64,000 bases of DNA from a candidate division FCPU426 bacterium (GTDB taxonomy: Bacteria; Oederibacteriota; Muellerivitia; Muellerivitales; Muellerivitaceae), in the NCBI GenBank assembly GCA_963796105.1, contig CAWCKJ010000010.1, positions 110,653-174,652 on the forward strand, given 5' to 3'. The notes beneath the pieces were generated by a model that made no database searches, was not told where the DNA came from, and saw only the letters and a program-made list of their open reading frames with translations. The position numbers were made by a program, and so were the translations under genes. Shown here piece by piece: positions 61,911-64,000 of the stretch. The first letter of the stretch is position 1. Each line of letters opens with the position of its first letter.

Positions 61911-63467
61911 ATGACCCGACAAGGGAGGCAGAGCGACATGGCGACTATTCGTGAGATTTTGAGGACTTACCAGGCCTTGGGCGGGTTCAAACCCACTGCC
62001 CGGGCCCTGGGATGCAATAAGCACACGGTCAAGCAATACGTGCGTTGGGCGAAAGAACATGGCTTTCTCCAAGGGGAACTTCCCCTGGAAAAGGATTTGG
62101 CGAAGGCTTGGGAAGACGGCGAAAAATCCACGCCCGTTCCCGCTCATGCCTTGGAGGCCCTCAAGGGAATCATCCAAGAATGGTTGAAGGAAGATTTCAC
62201 CTTGATTCGCATCCAGGAGATGCTTCAAGAGCGGCACGGGTGGAAGGGGAGTTACTCGACCCTGAAGAGGTATACGGAGCCTTTTCGCAATGAGAAACCC
62301 GCCTACGTGAGGCTGGAGGTTGCGCCCGGCGAGGAGGCCCAAGTGGATTTCGGGCTTTTGGGCCGCTTGTGGGACGAGACGCGTGGCAAGCAAGCCAAGG
62401 CCTGGGTTTTCGTGATGACCCTTTCCCATTCCCGGCATATGTACGCCGAGATTGTATTCGCACAGGACGTGAGAACCTGGATCGCCTGCCACCGCCGGGC
62501 TTTCGAGTTCTTCAATTCAGTCCCTAAAAAAATCGTAATCGATAACCTGAAAAGCGCCATCGTCAAGGCGGCCCTCTATGATCCCTTGGCCAACCGTACC
62601 TACGTGGAATGCGCCAACCATTACGGCTTCATCATCTCCCCTTGCCGCGTCGCCACTCCACGCCACAAGGGTAAAGTTGAACGCGGCGTGCCCTATGTCC
62701 GTAATTCCTTCTTCAAGGGTCGTTCCTTCCAGGGCCGCACCGATGCCAACCATCAACTCCGCGATTGGGTGATGAACAAGGCAGGTTTACGGGATCATGG
62801 CACCACCCGGCTTCAACCCTTGGCCGTCTTCCAGAGCGTGGAACAGAAGGCCCTTTTGCCCCTGCCTACCGCGGCTTACCATCCAACTTTCTTCAAAGAA
62901 GCCACTCTGCACCCCGATTGCCACGTAGTCGTGGAAGGTTCCTATTACTCGGCTCCCTACCGTCTTCGGGGCCAAAAACTACTGGCCCAATTAACCGACA
63001 CCACCGTTGATATATTTCTCAAACACGAATGCGTGGCTTCCCACGCCAAGGCCACACGCAAGGGAACCTGGCGCACCAACCCGGGCCACTATCCCCCTGA
63101 AAAAGCGGTCTTCTTGGAACGAACCCCACAATGGTGCCTCAAACAGGCCCAGGCCATTGGACCTAATACCCATCAATTAATCCAACTCCTGCTGGAACAC
63201 TCCCACCCCCTGGACCATCTGCGCAAAGCCCAGGGCATTCTGCGCTTGAGGGAAAAGTACCTGCCTTCCCGTCTGGAGGCAGCCTGTCTAAGGGCCCTCC
63301 ATTTCGGAAACTACACGTACCAATCCATCAAAAACATCCTTCAAAAGAACCTCGATCAAAACCCGTTGGACCCGCCGTCGGATCCTTCACTCAAACCCCA
63401 GTCGTCTTTCGATTTCGCCCGGCCCGCGGAGGATTTCCTCCGTGCCTTGGCTCTGGATAAAAATTGA
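61911..63467 (+). CDS. istA: IS21 transposase IstA
   Basis: PGEEAQVDFG, IDNLKS, KGKVERGV, YYSAPY. Confidence 0.96.
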   Translation: MTRQGRQSDMATIREILRTYQALGGFKPTARALGCNKHTVKQYVRWAKEHGFLQGELPLEKDLAKAWEDGEKSTPVPAHALEALKGIIQEWLKEDFTLIRIQEMLQERHGWKGSYSTLKRYTEPFRNEKPAYVRLEVAPGEEAQVDFGLLGRLWDETRGKQAKAWVFVMTLSHSRHMYAEIVFAQDVRTWIACHRRAFEFFNSVPKKIVIDNLKSAIVKAALYDPLANRTYVECANHYGFIISPCRVATPRHKGKVERGVPYVRNSFFKGRSFQGRTDANHQLRDWVMNKAGLRDHGTTRLQPLAVFQSVEQKALLPLPTAAYHPTFFKEATLHPDCHVVVEGSYYSAPYRLRGQKLLAQLTDTTVDIFLKHECVASHAKATRKGTWRTNPGHYPPEKAVFLERTPQWCLKQAQAIGPNTHQLIQLLLEHSHPLDHLRKAQGILRLREKYLPSRLEAACLRALHFGNYTYQSIKNILQKNLDQNPLDPPSDPSLKPQSSFDFARPAEDFLRALALDKN

Positions 63468-63480
63468 GGAGGAAGCATAT

Positions 63481-64000
63481 ATGGAAAATAAACATCAGTT
63501 GGAGCCGCACCTGAGAAGGTTAAAACTCGCAGGTATGTTGGAGACGCTGGAAATCCGAAACCAGCAGGCCATTGAATCCCAGATCGGTTATATGGATTTC
63601 CTGGGCCAGTTGCTGTTGGATGAGCTGGAGCGCCGCCAAGTGGGCCAACTCCAAAGAAGGCTGAAAAAGGCGGGCTTCTCAACCCATATGACTCTAACGG
63701 GGTTCGATTTCGCCTTCAACCCGGCCATCAACCGGCAACAAATCCTGGATTTGGGTACTTGTTCTTTCGTGGAGCGAAAAGAGAACCTATTTTTCATCGG
63801 TCCCTCAGGTGTGGGCAAAACCCATTTGGCCTGCGCTTTGGCCCATGAAGTCTGCCGCAAGGGTTATGAGGTACTCTTTATCAAGACCTCGCATGCGGCC
63901 CAACGATTAGCGGCCTCGCGCGGGGACGGTACCTGGGAAAACCGATTCGCATCCTTCCTGAAACCCGACCTCTTGATCCTGGACGACTGGGGTCTCAAGC
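63481..64000 (+). CDS. istB: IS21 helper ATPase IstB (partial)
   Basis: GAGGAGG RBS; FDFAFNP, GPSGVGKTHLA, DLLILDDWG. Confidence 0.95.
   Translation, partial: MENKHQLEPHLRRLKLAGMLETLEIRNQQAIESQIGYMDFLGQLLLDELERRQVGQLQRRLKKAGFSTHMTLTGFDFAFNPAINRQQILDLGTCSFVERKENLFFIGPSGVGKTHLACALAHEVCRKGYEVLFIKTSHAAQRLAASRGDGTWENRFASFLKPDLLILDDWGLK

Larger units (their letters stand above)
61748..64000 (+). mobile_element. IS21-family element (runs off window)
   Basis: TGTCATTGGCC end with four TGGCC..CTTT(G/A)ACCCC subterminal repeats; istA-istB. Confidence 0.92.

Overview
Chromosomal window (core genes moderately GC-rich) of a diderm, LPS-producing bacterium. Core blocks, nearly all on the + strand: ftsH-folE-folP-cdaA-cdaR-pdxJ; alaS-ruvX-[4.9-kb insert]-mltG; a xylose cluster (xylA, LacI regulator, orphan sugar-binding lipoprotein, unknown glycosidase-like protein, xylB); an LPS core/heptose/Kdo cluster (msbA, gmhB, gmhA, two HldA-type kinases, two HldC-type nucleotidyltransferases, GT9, kdsB-pyrG-kdsA); rnhA-rnpB; murA-hisDCBHAF. 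Accessory content: higBA, two apparently identical IS1595 copies in opposite orientation, IS4, IS1182, IS21, and an Rhs orphan toxin-immunity region bracketed by an inverted repeat. The least explained signal is a pair of related non-coding satellite loci 48 kb apart (10512-11960 and 58421-59345). Both start with the same ~70-bp leader and carry arrays with ~21.5-bp or ~52-bp periods built from shared motifs (CTACCGGCAT, GTTCC/GGAAC, CCGTYG). Intergenic DNA also holds several nested REP/MITE-like hairpin families, one with conserved structure but variable sequence. All calls come from reading motifs by eye; no searches or folding calculations were run.
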